This document shows positions 14,821-32,531 of a stretch of 64,000 nt of DNA, in pieces. The first letter of the stretch is position 1, and every line of letters starts with the position of its first letter. The position numbers and the translations under genes were made by a program. Below the pieces are notes generated by a model that was not told the DNA's origin, searched no databases, and saw only the letters and a program-made list of their open reading frames with translations. Source of the DNA: Styela clava (lineage: Eukaryota); contig NC_135253.1 of NCBI RefSeq assembly GCF_964204865.1, positions 16,864,001-16,928,000 of the forward strand, read 5' to 3'.

Positions 14821-15474
14821 CAGCCTGCAGCCTACGTCTAAACACGAGAATGCAAAAGTAAATCTCTCATAACAGTCTTCCAGTGCCATCGTATCTACCA
14901 TGTGCGTATTTTCTGATCAACAAGCCGATTTTTCGATCTGATTTTCTGAAGAAGTTGCATAGCTAGTGTGATTATGGGTAAGGTTAGCCCAGCACTGGCT
15001 GAAGCATGCGTTTGGTTTTGCTCGATTTGCTCGCCACCTAAGTCTTGCCCCAATAGTATCTCTGAAAAATTTTAAATGGTAAGAAAAGGTCAAAATAAAT
15101 CTGCATAGTACCTCCCAGCATGAACTTGTTTACAGATTCGGTTATGTTTCTAGCTTGAAAACTGATGTTAGGAAATCATCAGAATTGCAATGTCCTCTTC
15201 AATTTTATAACTTATCATTAGTACATAGACAAGTGAGAATTAATCAGCAGTAACGACACAATTTGTTGTCTCGAAACATCGCCTGAGAAGAGTGCATATT
15301 TTGTTGATGGATTATTTATGGTGAATACCAAAAAACTCCAGCACATGTATGATTGCTATACTATCCCGCTTGTGAGACTCGAAACCAATCCATTCAAGCA
15401 AACGACCGGTCTGTGGCGCAAAACCACAAACATTCCCAATTCCAGACCAGGGTATGTTAAAAAACAATCGTTCA

Positions 15475-17501
15475 TCATCTCATCAAGTATATGGCTGTAC
15501 ATAATTCAGGAACATGCTTCAAGTTGAGAGACTGATACCTGATATCAACAAGATAATATAATTCATTACTGATTTGAATTTCACAATCGAACAAGGCACA
15601 GATGAATCATGAATGATAGATAAAAAAAAATGGTAAACTTGATTCAGATAGGTCAGAATTATCTCACTGAAGTCGTTCAATTTCCAGAAACCATTTATAT
15701 GTTCAATTTGCGGTAATCACTGCATAAAAAATTGTCACATATACTTACAACAGTTATAAAAAAGCTATAATTTTTTTTACTCTATGGTGCATATGATATT
15801 AGTTGTTGAAAACTACAGTATTTTTGTAAATTACATTACAACTTACATTTCTGATGTTCTGTGATAGTAATATCCTTCAATAGAAGCAGTAGACTTTTGA
15901 AAACAAATATAATAAAATCCAGCAAATGATGCACCATTTATGTCCTGAATTTTATGATCAGGAACCAAAAAATGCTCCTGAAAATAAATTGGTAGCAAAA
16001 ATAAAAATCATGCATAGCATATGGTCTACTTGAGTGGAGACGCTCAACACTAGATGTTCTAAACCGAATTGTCACAATGAGTTGTAAGAACAAGGCAATT
16101 CTAGCTTCAAAAAAGTAGCATTGTTCCCATTATATAATCACTTCTGTAGATATAAATCTCAGAAATGGTTACCAACAAAAATTAATGATGAAAGAAGAAA
16201 ATTTTTTTTGTTATAAATATTCTAACGAAGAATTTCATAGATTAATTTCCCACACACTTCAAAACTACGGGAGGTATAATGCACACTGTTCAGAAATGTA
16301 AAATTATGAATATTGAATCTATTCAGACATAAATAGGTATACTAATTACCTTCCATCTCATGAAAATATAATCACTATCACAAAGTTCTTTATAATCAAA
16401 ACCATCTGTGTTGAAACTCTTCTCGAACTGATTGAATGCTGTAAATTTTCCCTGTTTGAAAATACAAAAGATGAAATAACTATCTGCCGGAGATATTGCT
16501 TGGGAACAGAATATTTTGTATGTACTCTACAATACAATAAACAGTACATGTGTTATTGTACAATAAACATGTACAATAAACAGTGTGCTTTCTACAATTT
16601 TATCAGTCATAATTTAGTACCGTGAAAACTTGTGAAAATAAGAAAAAAAATCAATATCTTCTACAAAAGAATAATTCAAATTTTTTTTTATGATTCACAT
16701 TATAGTTATAGAACTTATAGTTATAGAAAAGAAGAAGAAGAATATAAGAAGTTATAGAAAATCGTCCATATATCGATACATTTCAAATAACTATAAAATG
16801 TCATAAGAACAAACCCAATGTTTTTTGTCTACTTCCTCATCAGCTTCCCATTTTCTTGTCAAGAAAGGATATCGTTCACTGATTATTTCACCATCAAAAA
16901 ATGTTGTCATAGTTGGGAAATCCTCCGTTAGTCCATCTATTTTTAAATAGCCGCAGAGATAGGAAGTATCCAAATCAACTTGCTATAATATATAAACAAA
17001 GAGCAAAGTTTAAAGCTTGTGATGACAGCTGTAGACAATTGTGACAATAAGAGACATGTATACTGTATTCGCAATTGGACTGCAGTAGGGATGCAAAAGT
17101 AAATGTAACTTGATGCAATAGGTATAGAACTAAGCGTTTGATTTTATATCAACTGCATTGTAAAAGAATTGCAATTAATTCAGTTATCAACCGAAAATAT
17201 TTTGAGTTTAAAGAAAAAAGTTGCCCAGATGCTAGAAACATGTAAATCATTATGTTCATTAGTATACTTTAATGAAGGTATGTAAAAAGATCGAAGAACA
17301 GACGAAGAATAGGCTATTCAAAAACAACTTATTACATCAAAAAGTATCCACCTGCAAAGTAACTTCAACATCATAGCAACTTCCTTTACTCTTTTGATGT
17401 CCACGGAATTTTGAACCATTATAAAGCAAAGTTCTATGTATAACAGGTTGTATTGTATTGCATGGTGGAGGAGGATCTAATGTGTCCACCAAAGCACTCA
17501 T
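15475..17501 (-). CDS. GID4: GID4 / Vid24 homolog, Pro/N-degron receptor of the GID/CTLH E3 ligase (204 aa; exons 17501-17352, 16982-16815, 16451-16350, 15977-15847, 15538-15475)
   Basis: [92 protein letters not shown]. Canonical splice sites in phase. Confidence 0.95.
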
Positions 17502-18192
17502 TTTATAAATCTACCAATATATGGGATATCTAAAAATAACAAAAAAATTAAACTACCACAACAAAGTTGGCATAAAAGAAACTTATTTTAATCAAAGATT
17601 CTTTTATACAATACAATATCTTAATCGATTATATATTCTGAACCTCTTAACTTTGGAAGAAAGGTATTTGACAATGTGACACATGAAATGGTGAATGAGA
17701 TTTTTAACCAATAAATAATTATTTTAATATCTGTTAGAAATGAAGATGCAAATTTCACGAAACTTAATACATATAAGCGAGTAATCAACAAAATCAGATC
17801 TTCAGCTTTTGCATAATTTCAAACAACCGAAAGCTACAAAATTGCTTGAAGTAGTCATTAAAGAGAAAAACAGAAAAAGTTTAAAGCACATCTGATTGAA
17901 AATACTAAAATTAACTGGTGTTGATAAAATGGATCAGATCTTTTTATCGGAACGTTTTGAATCAAATGTATATGTGATGAGATGTAAAACATAAAATAAG
18001 TTTAGACTAGACAATTTTCCAAGTTGTTAAATTCTTTTGTTGTAAATCTTCAGCATTTTTAATCAGGATTCATAAATTACCTGATTTCAACAACACTATA
18101 AAAATTGATATACAGTACAGCAAAATGACAAAAACTACTGAATGACCAAACATTTTTGTTTGTAGTTCCGAGAAGTTCTACTCAGGACTTAT

Positions 18193-18846
18193 TTACATTT
18201 CATATTTTTTAAATTCCATTCCATCTGGTGCCTTGACATCAGTTTTTTCCTTCCTTATATCACCCCAATTCGTGCTGAGCACAGTTCCCCCAGATTCTGA
18301 AAAGGATTTATTCATTGCTTTTCTCAAGTTCTCATCGCCATCAGAATATATTTTTTTGAAGAAATTGTTCAAGGCTTCATCTCCTTCTGGTTTTTCATTT
18401 TCTTCCTCGGTTTTGATATCAGCAACAAGTTTATCCCAATCTCTTGTATAATGGGCTGAAGATGGATATTTATTTGCGTCGTCTATATTTGTTGATGCAG
18501 CTGGTGCTGGCATAGGTGCAGTAGGTGAGTTATCTTCACCATGCAGCAAGCTCCACCTTATTCCTTCTGCTTTCATTAATTTGCATTCAATTTTCGTGGA
18601 CATTATGCGCGATGTACATTTATCTGGTAATATTTTGTGCGATAGTGACAGATTTAAAACAAAGCTTTCCCCAGTGTCACGTTGAATTTTGACTGACAGC
18701 GATTGTTCACCATATTTTGTTGAGAATTCTTCTTGTTTGACTCTTTTTACCATAATTGTTACTACAACGTAAGTGTCGGTCTGGTACCAATCATATTTCG
18801 GAGTAAGTGTTGACGTGTTTGTGGAAGATTCTCCGTTTAACTCCAT
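18193..18846 (-). CDS. SUGT1: SGT1 Hsp90 co-chaperone, CS + SGS domains only (217 aa, single coding exon)
   Basis: KYDWYQT CS-domain start; SGS motifs YPSS..RDWDKL, GDEALNNFFKKIYSDGDE..RKAMNKSFSESGGTVLSTNW, PDGMEFKKY. First in-frame ATG at 18846. Confidence 0.93.
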   Translation of the reverse strand: MELNGESSTNTSTLTPKYDWYQTDTYVVVTIMVKRVKQEEFSTKYGEQSLSVKIQRDTGESFVLNLSLSHKILPDKCTSRIMSTKIECKLMKAEGIRWSLLHGEDNSPTAPMPAPAASTNIDDANKYPSSAHYTRDWDKLVADIKTEEENEKPEGDEALNNFFKKIYSDGDENLRKAMNKSFSESGGTVLSTNWGDIRKEKTDVKAPDGMEFKKYEM

Positions 18847-19031
18847 AGTATTGCTCCTAATGCACCAAAATTTCGCAAAATACAACCATAAACCCCTTTG
18901 ACAAGACGACCGCTCTCAACGCACGGAGTAAGATTACTGGAATATTCCTCAACGGGCAAACCGTTCTTCGTGCACCTTTGTCGCCATTCAGTGTATAAAT
19001 CCCGAGATAGCTTGAAATTATACTGAGACAT
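18837..19031 (-). other. Candidate 64-aa upstream ORF overlapping the SGT1 start codon
   Basis: ATG 2 nt after a TTTCAG acceptor-like site; stop TAA lies inside ATGGAGTTAA of SGT1 in a different frame. Confidence 0.3.
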
Positions 19032-19544
19032 ATCTGAAAGTGGTGAGGCATATTGACTTGTATTTTCTTGTAAGCATGAGTCATTGATAATTAAAAAGTT
19101 ATGTATTTTATTTTCCTTGACCGTAGACAAAGGCTGTTGAAAAGCACAAACATATATTTTAGGTTCCTGTTTCGGGGGGAGTGGTGGAGGTGTGTTCCCG
19201 TTTGTTTTGGTTTTTATGATTTGCACTCTGCAAAGTTTCCTTATAATTCTCCTATTTTTACTTATCTGTACCGATATGCCGCAGTATAGTATTGTTTTGG
19301 TCGTCAGTGGCCTGAGTGTTAATTGCAATGAATTCCATAATCTAATTACCGATATGTAATTATTTATGCTTCTTGCATTACAGCATTGTAAAATAAATTG
19401 TCTATACTTATCGCTTTTTACCAAGCAGTATCGGTATTTTATTTTCTCACTTGTACAGGTTACTAGTAATGCATGCCAATTAACTGAAATTTCAGAATAT
19501 TTTGATTGAAGACGGAAGAAATACCTGTAACTACAGAACTAAAA

Positions 19545-25024
<5,480 letters not shown>

Positions 25025-26878
25025 ATTTGCCATTGCTGTTTAATGTTTTCGCTTAATAACGCTTGCCTCACCCTTTGGCGCTGTACGCTCCTAACAAAAA
25101 TTAGCAGCAAAAATTCTATTAGCTTCGAACATTACATATTAAACTAATTGCTTTACAATTCTCCAAGAGCATAACTCAGTCTCTGTTGTGAACAGAACTA
25201 AACATACAAGGAAGGACCTGTTTGATATGAAATTATAAGTGTGATAGCAATCATGCTCGTAATGATAAGTTTCTTATATGAGTAATAGTGAACAATGACA
25301 ATTTGATATTTTTCATCAACACACTTGTGCAATCACTGTGATAGTAATCTATCATTTTTTTTTTATTAATGCTTATCATGTGTACACTTTCTGCAATTAA
25401 AAAAGCAACTGTGACGATTTTGAGAATCGAGTACTACTGCTCCTGTCAGTTATTTGAGATAAGCTAATGGCGATCATAGTTTCTAGTTTGTCCTCCCAGA
25501 GCTTTAGGGATAAATAAGGTTGCGCAACATAGCTGAGAGTTTTGAACTCTTGCTCTTTTAACTGGTTGTTAAATATTCTTATCATCAGTCTTCTATTCAA
25601 ACTTATAGAAGTTTCTTCATCTTGCAATCTATGATATTTCAGATAATAAATAACTTGAACTTGGTACAAGTTACAATCCTACAATTTAATTTAAGCAACG
25701 GGGATTTTTTGATGAATTGAGCAAAAATATCATAATCTGGATCAGAGAAGAGAATGACAAGATTTTATTTAAGTATCCTCGCAAGGCAGAAGTTTGGATC
25801 AACTGACTAGCAAAACATTACAGAATACAATTTTTGTATGTTCAAGAACCTTCAACTGTTCAATAAAGGTGTTTTGACTTTTGCTGCAATATTAGGAAGA
25901 GCAAAAAAACAGATAAAGATGAGCATTAGTTAGAGGCACGTTACTACAATTAACCATATAGGATAATTAGAATGCACTCGATACACCTTGTTTTTACGAA
26001 TTAAAAAACTTGCTATCTATATTGAAACGTTATATTTGGTAACAAATAAATCTAGGCAAGCATGCAAGAGTAATATCTGTAACTATCTCGCTACGCCTAC
26101 TATAGATATCAATTCACAAAAGGCACAGAATATCAACATTGAGATATGCAAGGCACCATATAAACAAAACTTTGGCATCAAGAGTGAACAGCCAGCTGCA
26201 TCACGACACAATTCTAGTACAAAACCGAGGCAAAAGGCACTTTAACATTCTTCTCAAATAATGTATAGATTAAAAGTTATTTGAATTGGGCATTGTTAAT
26301 TGAGAAACTATGAATGGTTAGAAAGTTGTATAAACAGTAAATATTATTTAAATAAACAAAGGTCTGTAGACTCCTCACAAAACAATTTTATTTAACCATA
26401 ACCATTAGCATGGAATTTAACAGAGCTGGGAACATTCATCTGATTTACTTTCATCAAATGTGAACTGTTGCAACATATTGAAAAAATTTAAATTCAGATT
26501 TACTCCCCCAGAGGAATAATTCGATTTAGTATAATAACATTGCTAAATTTTTCAAACTCGAATTCAATCAAATGTTCCAATAATTTATATAAATATATAT
26601 GACGAAAAATTTAATCAGAACATTTTTTATCAGCATTGTGCAATGATTTGCCATATGTCAGATGTTGAATACAACAGACACTACGCTTTGTAAAAAAAAG
26701 GAAAACTTTGTGATAAATTGTATAACTCTGAAGGAATTCTGAAAGACACTTTTAGTTTGGCGAAACAATTCCAATCATAGTTGGGTTTGGTTCTTGCACA
26801 AGTCGATTGTCGAATTACTTTTTTTACACCTGGCTGTTTTGTCATTTAATTCGATAACAGAAGCAAGGTACCCCATAC

Positions 26879-28906
26879 TTAATACTTTCTTCGCAATCTA
26901 TCATTTTCAATACGCAATCTTTCAATTTCTTGTAATAGGAGAGGATTTACAGATGACTGCTCAGCAAGTTGCCTTATTCTCTCATTTTGTTCCGCAAACA
27001 TTTTAATCAATTGCAAATGCAAATGTCTTAGTTCATCACGAATGTTATCTTCATGTTCTTCCACCATCTCTCGTACAGTGTTTTGTAAAAAATCGAGCTG
27101 ATATTGAAAAGGATTTGATTGAATATAGTCTGGTTGTTGATGGGGTGTTGACGACGCATCGGTGACTGCACCACCATTTACAAAATCATTTAAAGTGGAA
27201 TCCTCACTCTGCGGTCGGAATTTCCCAGAAGCATTTTCGCTGGTTGGACTGAGAGAGGAATTCGATGCTGTTGCGCCATTAACTGATATCGCTGATGCAC
27301 TGTTCATAAGAGGAGTTGAATGATTTACCCTTGTATCACTCCGTGAGCCTCTGCCCAGCTGTCCACTGATGCTACCCCGAGCTGTGCTCTCCTCTTCTCT
27401 AGTGAATGGAGTATGAGCTTTATTTATTTCCCCATTTTGTTCTGAGGGCAAACGATTAGCAGAGTTTCTTGTAATAGGATGAATGAAACCAGAGTTTGGA
27501 AGCAAAGACCCCCTGCTTGTCCTTTGTGGTTTGTTTTGACTGTGGTATGCAGGGGTGAATGCTGCATCATCTTGTATGCTATCATTCACACTAGCAACAG
27601 GAGAGAATATTCCCTCACAGTACGAGCCCATAGTGTCTCTTCGAATTGATGCAACACTTCGATTTGCAGGAGTTTGAAGACCTATATTTTTTTCAAGTTG
27701 GCTATTCCTACCAGGTATGATTTTATTGGTAGGACTAATAATACCATCACCATTTATCGGTTTTATCTCATTGGATGAAACTTCAATATCAGGAACTTTG
27801 TTTGACCAGGATCTTCTGTTCTTTGCGTGATCTTGTGGTGACTTAGCATTGCTTTTGAATTTTTCTGATGCTGAAGGCTTCAGTTCATCCTTTTGTTGTG
27901 TATCTTTTTTTTGTGTTTTCTGCCCAGACTGTTTAGAAGAACTAGATCTCGATGTCCTTGAGCTTTTTCGAAGATATTTTTGTTTACTTGTTTGTGAAAC
28001 AAGCCTTTGTATTGAGGTTGAGTGGGCGTGAATACTGTATAAAGGTTCTTCGGCTTTCCTTAAATCATATTTATAAATGTTCCCCATGGAGCTTCCTGCA
28101 CATACATGGACACCATTACTTAAAAAACATACTGCAGTCAATGGTTGACTACTGTTTATAGTTTTAACAACATTATTACCCTGAATGTCATAAAATATAA
28201 CCTTTTTGTCCAATCCACACGATGAGAGTAGTAAATGATTCAAAGGGGAAAACGATAAATCCATTGCAGGGGCATCATGAGATGTAAATACATGTTTCGT
28301 CGCTTGTTTTTCAGTATTCCAGATATGAACAGCCCCATCGTCTGATGTTGTACCCAATGTAGTTGTCACCCACGGTGACTGTTCCAATCCACGTACAGAC
28401 TGAGGTTTAGATGCTTTTAATTTTGTACAAACAGAACCAGATTCTATTTTCCATACAATAATTTCCCCTGCAGCACATGCAGAAACTACTTTGTCTTCAG
28501 CTATTTTATCAATACGTTTGACTGGTGACTGATGGCACTCATTGAAAGTCTTCACTCTCTTTCCAGTTTTGCAATTCCATAAATTTATATCCCCTGTGGT
28601 GCCACCAGAAAATAGAGAGGAGCCACTGTGTCCAAAACAAACAGAAGTTTGTTCAGTGCTTTCAGAGAGTTCTCGATAGTTTATATTATTATTTCCTCCA
28701 CTGCTTGCCCAATCATACAAGACAATACCTCCAGTTGTGGATACACTTGCCAGTTCAGTATTATCATAATTCCATGCAACATCTTTAAAGTTTGAACCAG
28801 ATGAAGAATCATGGCAATTATACTGCCTTAATGTTCTCATATGTTCTGCATCCCATACCTTGACACTGTCACTTGCTGACACAAACATTGAGACTGAATC
28901 TTGCAT
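26879..28906 (-). CDS. NEDD1: NEDD1 / GCP-WD gamma-tubulin ring complex targeting factor (675 aa, intronless CDS)
   Basis: MQD..FVSASDSVKVWD start; WD40 repeats (SDDGAVHIWN, HDAPAMDLSFSPLNHLLLSSCGLDKKVIFYD, GSSMGNIYKYDLR); S/T-rich linker; C-terminal FQ..F.QN.V.E..LHLQLIKMF..SVNPLLLQEIERLRIENDRLR. Confidence 0.95.
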   Translation of the reverse strand: MQDSVSMFVSASDSVKVWDAEHMRTLRQYNCHDSSSGSNFKDVAWNYDNTELASVSTTGGIVLYDWASSGGNNNINYRELSESTEQTSVCFGHSGSSLFSGGTTGDINLWNCKTGKRVKTFNECHQSPVKRIDKIAEDKVVSACAAGEIIVWKIESGSVCTKLKASKPQSVRGLEQSPWVTTTLGTTSDDGAVHIWNTEKQATKHVFTSHDAPAMDLSFSPLNHLLLSSCGLDKKVIFYDIQGNNVVKTINSSQPLTAVCFLSNGVHVCAGSSMGNIYKYDLRKAEEPLYSIHAHSTSIQRLVSQTSKQKYLRKSSRTSRSSSSKQSGQKTQKKDTQQKDELKPSASEKFKSNAKSPQDHAKNRRSWSNKVPDIEVSSNEIKPINGDGIISPTNKIIPGRNSQLEKNIGLQTPANRSVASIRRDTMGSYCEGIFSPVASVNDSIQDDAAFTPAYHSQNKPQRTSRGSLLPNSGFIHPITRNSANRLPSEQNGEINKAHTPFTREEESTARGSISGQLGRGSRSDTRVNHSTPLMNSASAISVNGATASNSSLSPTSENASGKFRPQSEDSTLNDFVNGGAVTDASSTPHQQPDYIQSNPFQYQLDFLQNTVREMVEEHEDNIRDELRHLHLQLIKMFAEQNERIRQLAEQSSVNPLLLQEIERLRIENDRLRRKY

Positions 28907-29695
28907 GTTCAAATCTTTTCCATTGGATGTGTTAAAATTTTTGAAAAATCATCCCTGGTTCATTTAAACATGGTTGAGAGTCATATAGACATATTACTAT
29001 TATTAATTATACAATGCTATAGAAATTTAAAACATGATATAGCCTAAATGTATAAATTCCACAAATTTCAATTCTGATATAACATAAAAATCAACTACTG
29101 TAAATGCTTTATTCCTCATTTTTGTAGTTATGTGTACAATGAAAGCAAACTTTTGCCGCTTTATTTTCATGAGTTCGTTAACATTTAATAACTGATCAAT
29201 GTCAACAACGTTTAAAGAAAATCTGTATAAGTTACCGTACATATCATTCAGTCATTCCCACATTCTCACTGTCTCAACAAGAATTAATAAAGACTTGCAT
29301 ATCTAGCCTACTTATAAACTTATGCCAAATTTGTTAAAAAATTTATACAAATATATTTAATGCGCATGCAACATGGAGACAGACCGAGTTAATAATACAG
29401 TGTTAAATTCCTTCTCTCCAATAATACACCTAAATTTTGAATTCGATAACAAATTTCAGAATTTGGATTCAATTCACAGATTCATACAGACGTATAAACT
29501 TGTTGACTTGCCTTACCCCTCTACCGGTAGTCTACCCAGTTACCAGTACGTACCCGACTAGGGTATCTATAAACCTAGTCAGATCCTTCTGATTTTTTTC
29601 ATGCATCTAAAACAAATAATTGGCTAACTAATCCTTTACCATAGCCTACCGGACGTGGACTGATAACGGGACAAAAGCCATGGTACGGTACCGGT

Positions 29696-29752
29696 ACGCC
29701 ATATGATTAAGTCGTCTTATCGACTTTCATTACCCCGGGATAAATACGAACT
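29696..29752 (+). repeat. Short dispersed repeat, SINE-tail-like (related copies 46616-46690 +, ~19800-19835 +, ~2558-2600 -)
   Basis: Shared motif CGCCATAT..TCGGCTTTC..CCCC.GGATAAATA(T/C)G.AAATC across the loci; only the 3' part is present at 19800 and 2558. Confidence 0.55.
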
Positions 29753-29904
29753 TTCAGACTTTTACAATCTCGGTTATGCGAACCGAAGGGACTATAACAC
29801 TTTATTTGACGTGAACCAAGCACCAACTGAGGCGGGAATATGGCGGCAAATGTCCCAGACCGGTAGCTGTCGCCATGGCACAGGAATAAGTCACCAAATG
29901 ACTC

Positions 29905-30065
29905 ACTATTATGTTGTTGTTGTTCTTGCTCTTCTTATTCTTGATGTTCTTGTTCTTTGACACGTTTTAAAAAAATCGCTATTCTCTTTAATTACTGGAC
30001 CAATTGTTTTGAAATTTTTAGTAGTTAAAGCTGGATTTTATTTGTAGAAGGCTTTTACTTTTATC
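29905..30065. mobile_element. Partial copy of the Helentron-type repeat
   Basis: (TGT)n tract plus TTCTTTGACACGTTTT and ACTGGACCAATTG, reverse complement of ~55700-55815. Confidence 0.7.
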
Positions 30066-30454
30066 AATTTCAGATATTCCTGTGAGCTTCATGGGATTTG
30101 TCTTTATTTTGAGCTATGACATGGGTCACATAATCGCTGGCAATAGACAATAAGTTTATTTCGTCGTGCAAGAAAACACAATACAAATTCAAAATAGGAA
30201 AAAAATAAATATGCGTTACAGTAACGGATTTCATTGCAGTTGACTGGAAGTCGCGAAGGACCAAAAATGGTCATCATAAGTCTGCGACACCAAGATTGAA
30301 AACAAGTCAATATTAAAAATTGAAATAAATGAAAGAATAAACACAAATATAAACTTATCCATTCAATAATTAATCAACAAGGTTGATATAAATCAGTATA
30401 TATGATTTGGGAGAGAAAGTAAAAATAAAAGTCGGGGAAATTCAATTGATATAT

Positions 30455-31260
30455 TACTATAAAATGCGAGTAAATGTGATAAAATTGTACAAGTACATGA
30501 AGGCATGATTCCAATGAAATTTGTATATTGCTTGAATTCATTGAATGCTTTATCACAGTAAATAGTAGTTTTAGAACAATAACAATATTATTGTAGCTCT
30601 CTAACATTCCCATGATAATAACAACGTGCAAGTGTGGAGTGTCTAACTCTTTTTCATGAATCATCAACAAAATATTAATATTAATATTGGAATCATGCCC
30701 TCATGTACTTGTACAATTTTATCACATTTACTCGCATTTTATAGTAATAAATAAAAACAGTTACTTTTTAATATAATTTCATGGTAATGGCGAAGTAGCT
30801 GAATTAGGACATAACCCGAGCTTGTAAAAAATCATTCTTTACAATTTTAATTGTCAATGTCATATCTATGAATTTGCTTAATCGGATAAACAGTTGTTGA
30901 AAATCTAATTTGCATTTTTATGCCACCAGCATAAAGGTATCAAATTATTAGTTCTAAGTCTCATTTAGTTTCGAAACACTGCTGTGCTGTTTGTGCTGTT
31001 TTAAAACCGCACCAATATATATCAGTTTTGTATGTAATTAGCTACATTGTATTGATAGTTTTGAACAATTAAATGTCAAACTTCAAGATAAATAAATATT
31101 TTGTTGATGGTTCATGACAAAAAGTTAGACACTCCACACTTGGACGTTGTTATTATCATGGGAATGTTAGACTGCTACAATAATATTGTTATTGTTTTAA
31201 AACTACTATTTACTGTGATAAAGCATTCAATGAATTCAAGCAATATACAAATTTCATTGC
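30455..31260. repeat. Interleaved inverted repeats; the central block is repeated directly at ~33115-33395
   Basis: 30455-30512 is inverted at 30687-30748; 30512-30676 is inverted at 31096-31259; 30688-30958 matches 33115-33395. Confidence 0.85.
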
Positions 31261-31716
31261 CTGTGGTGTGCTAATTATAAATAGTTATGTTATTTCGCTG
31301 ACACTACAAAATTCATTTTTATAAAAAACGCAAAAACTTCATGTCAGTCATATTTCAGAAACAACTACGGATCGATAAATGTGTGAGAGAGAGAGAGATT
31401 TATTGTTTTGTCAACCGTAAACGTGTAATCTTGAAGAAAAAAAAATTTGTTTGTAAACTGAAGTCAGCTTTGACATTCTACAGTCTTTATTTATATGCCC
31501 AAGCCTGATATGTATTGGTGGAAAAAATTCCCCACGAAACTCTTTAATATGGACGACTATCTCGTGTAAACGGATATATCTCGATAAAATTTTCTATAAA
31601 TTACAAAATCGAATTAATTGGACGGTGTTTTTAGCTTTATTTGACAGCACAGATCAGATAACAGGCATGTGGAATGTCAAATCAATTATAACTTCTATTT
31701 TTCACATATATATCAT

Positions 31717-32531
31717 ATCGTCACGCTAATAACCGAATTGCGTAAGTCATTTTTAGCAGTTTTGAGAAAAACGTAAAAAACTTCCTAATAATATTGTTGT
31801 GCCATCGAGAGTCCATAATTTGCCATGGTTCAATTTTTTGATCGTAGCCGGATTTAATTTAATTTGTCTGACGCAGTTATGTGACGTCATAATGGCGCAC
31901 TGTGACTTAGGCAGAAATGTGGGTATGGCTTGGGGACATACGCAATTTTGCAACTTGACTATATGCACCAGTCCTGAAAACCAAACAATCCAAAAACGAA
32001 TTTAATTCCCAGTATCTACGATGTCTAATCCCCCAAATTGCTGATCTGTTTCAGGTACATTTTTTTATGTTTAAAAATATATATTTCATCAATAAAACAC
32101 GCTCTGCAAACCCACCGAAATTAGACTTAGATTAAAAATAAAGAATAAAACAGCAATGCATCCAATATAAAAGCCAACCAAGGTGAATTGGACTCGGACA
32201 GTGAATATCACAAGTGCATACCTCCCTATACTATAGAATAAATTCAGATTTATAAGCGCTAAACTAGAATCTGAGATGCAAAAACTAGAAAATTTTTCGG
32301 CGAGGTTATTTTGCCTTTGTGACGTCACAGTAGTCCTGCGGTAACAACGATAATTCATTATGACGAAACAATTGCACAAATGTGCATGTCATACAAAATC
32401 TCCATTTTTATGGGTTTCGGAATTCCTAACAGACAGGTAGGTGCGCAGCATTACATAAATACCTATTTTATAAAAAAAAAACTCAAAACCGCCAAAAATG
32501 ACTTACGCAATTCGGTTATTAGCTTGACGAC
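31717..32531. mobile_element. Non-autonomous TIR DNA transposon (~815 bp)
   Basis: ~45-bp TIR TCGTCACGCTAATAACCGAATTGCGTAAGTCATTTTT / AAAAATGACTTACGCAATTCGGTTATTAGCTTGACGA; flanked by AT on both sides; no internal transposase. Confidence 0.8.

Noticed and set aside
18837-19424. 195-aa ORF from the track as a full gene
   Set aside because: Non-ATG start, runs through the divergent promoter region, and has no recognisable domain; only the ATG-initiated last 64 codons were retained as a candidate.
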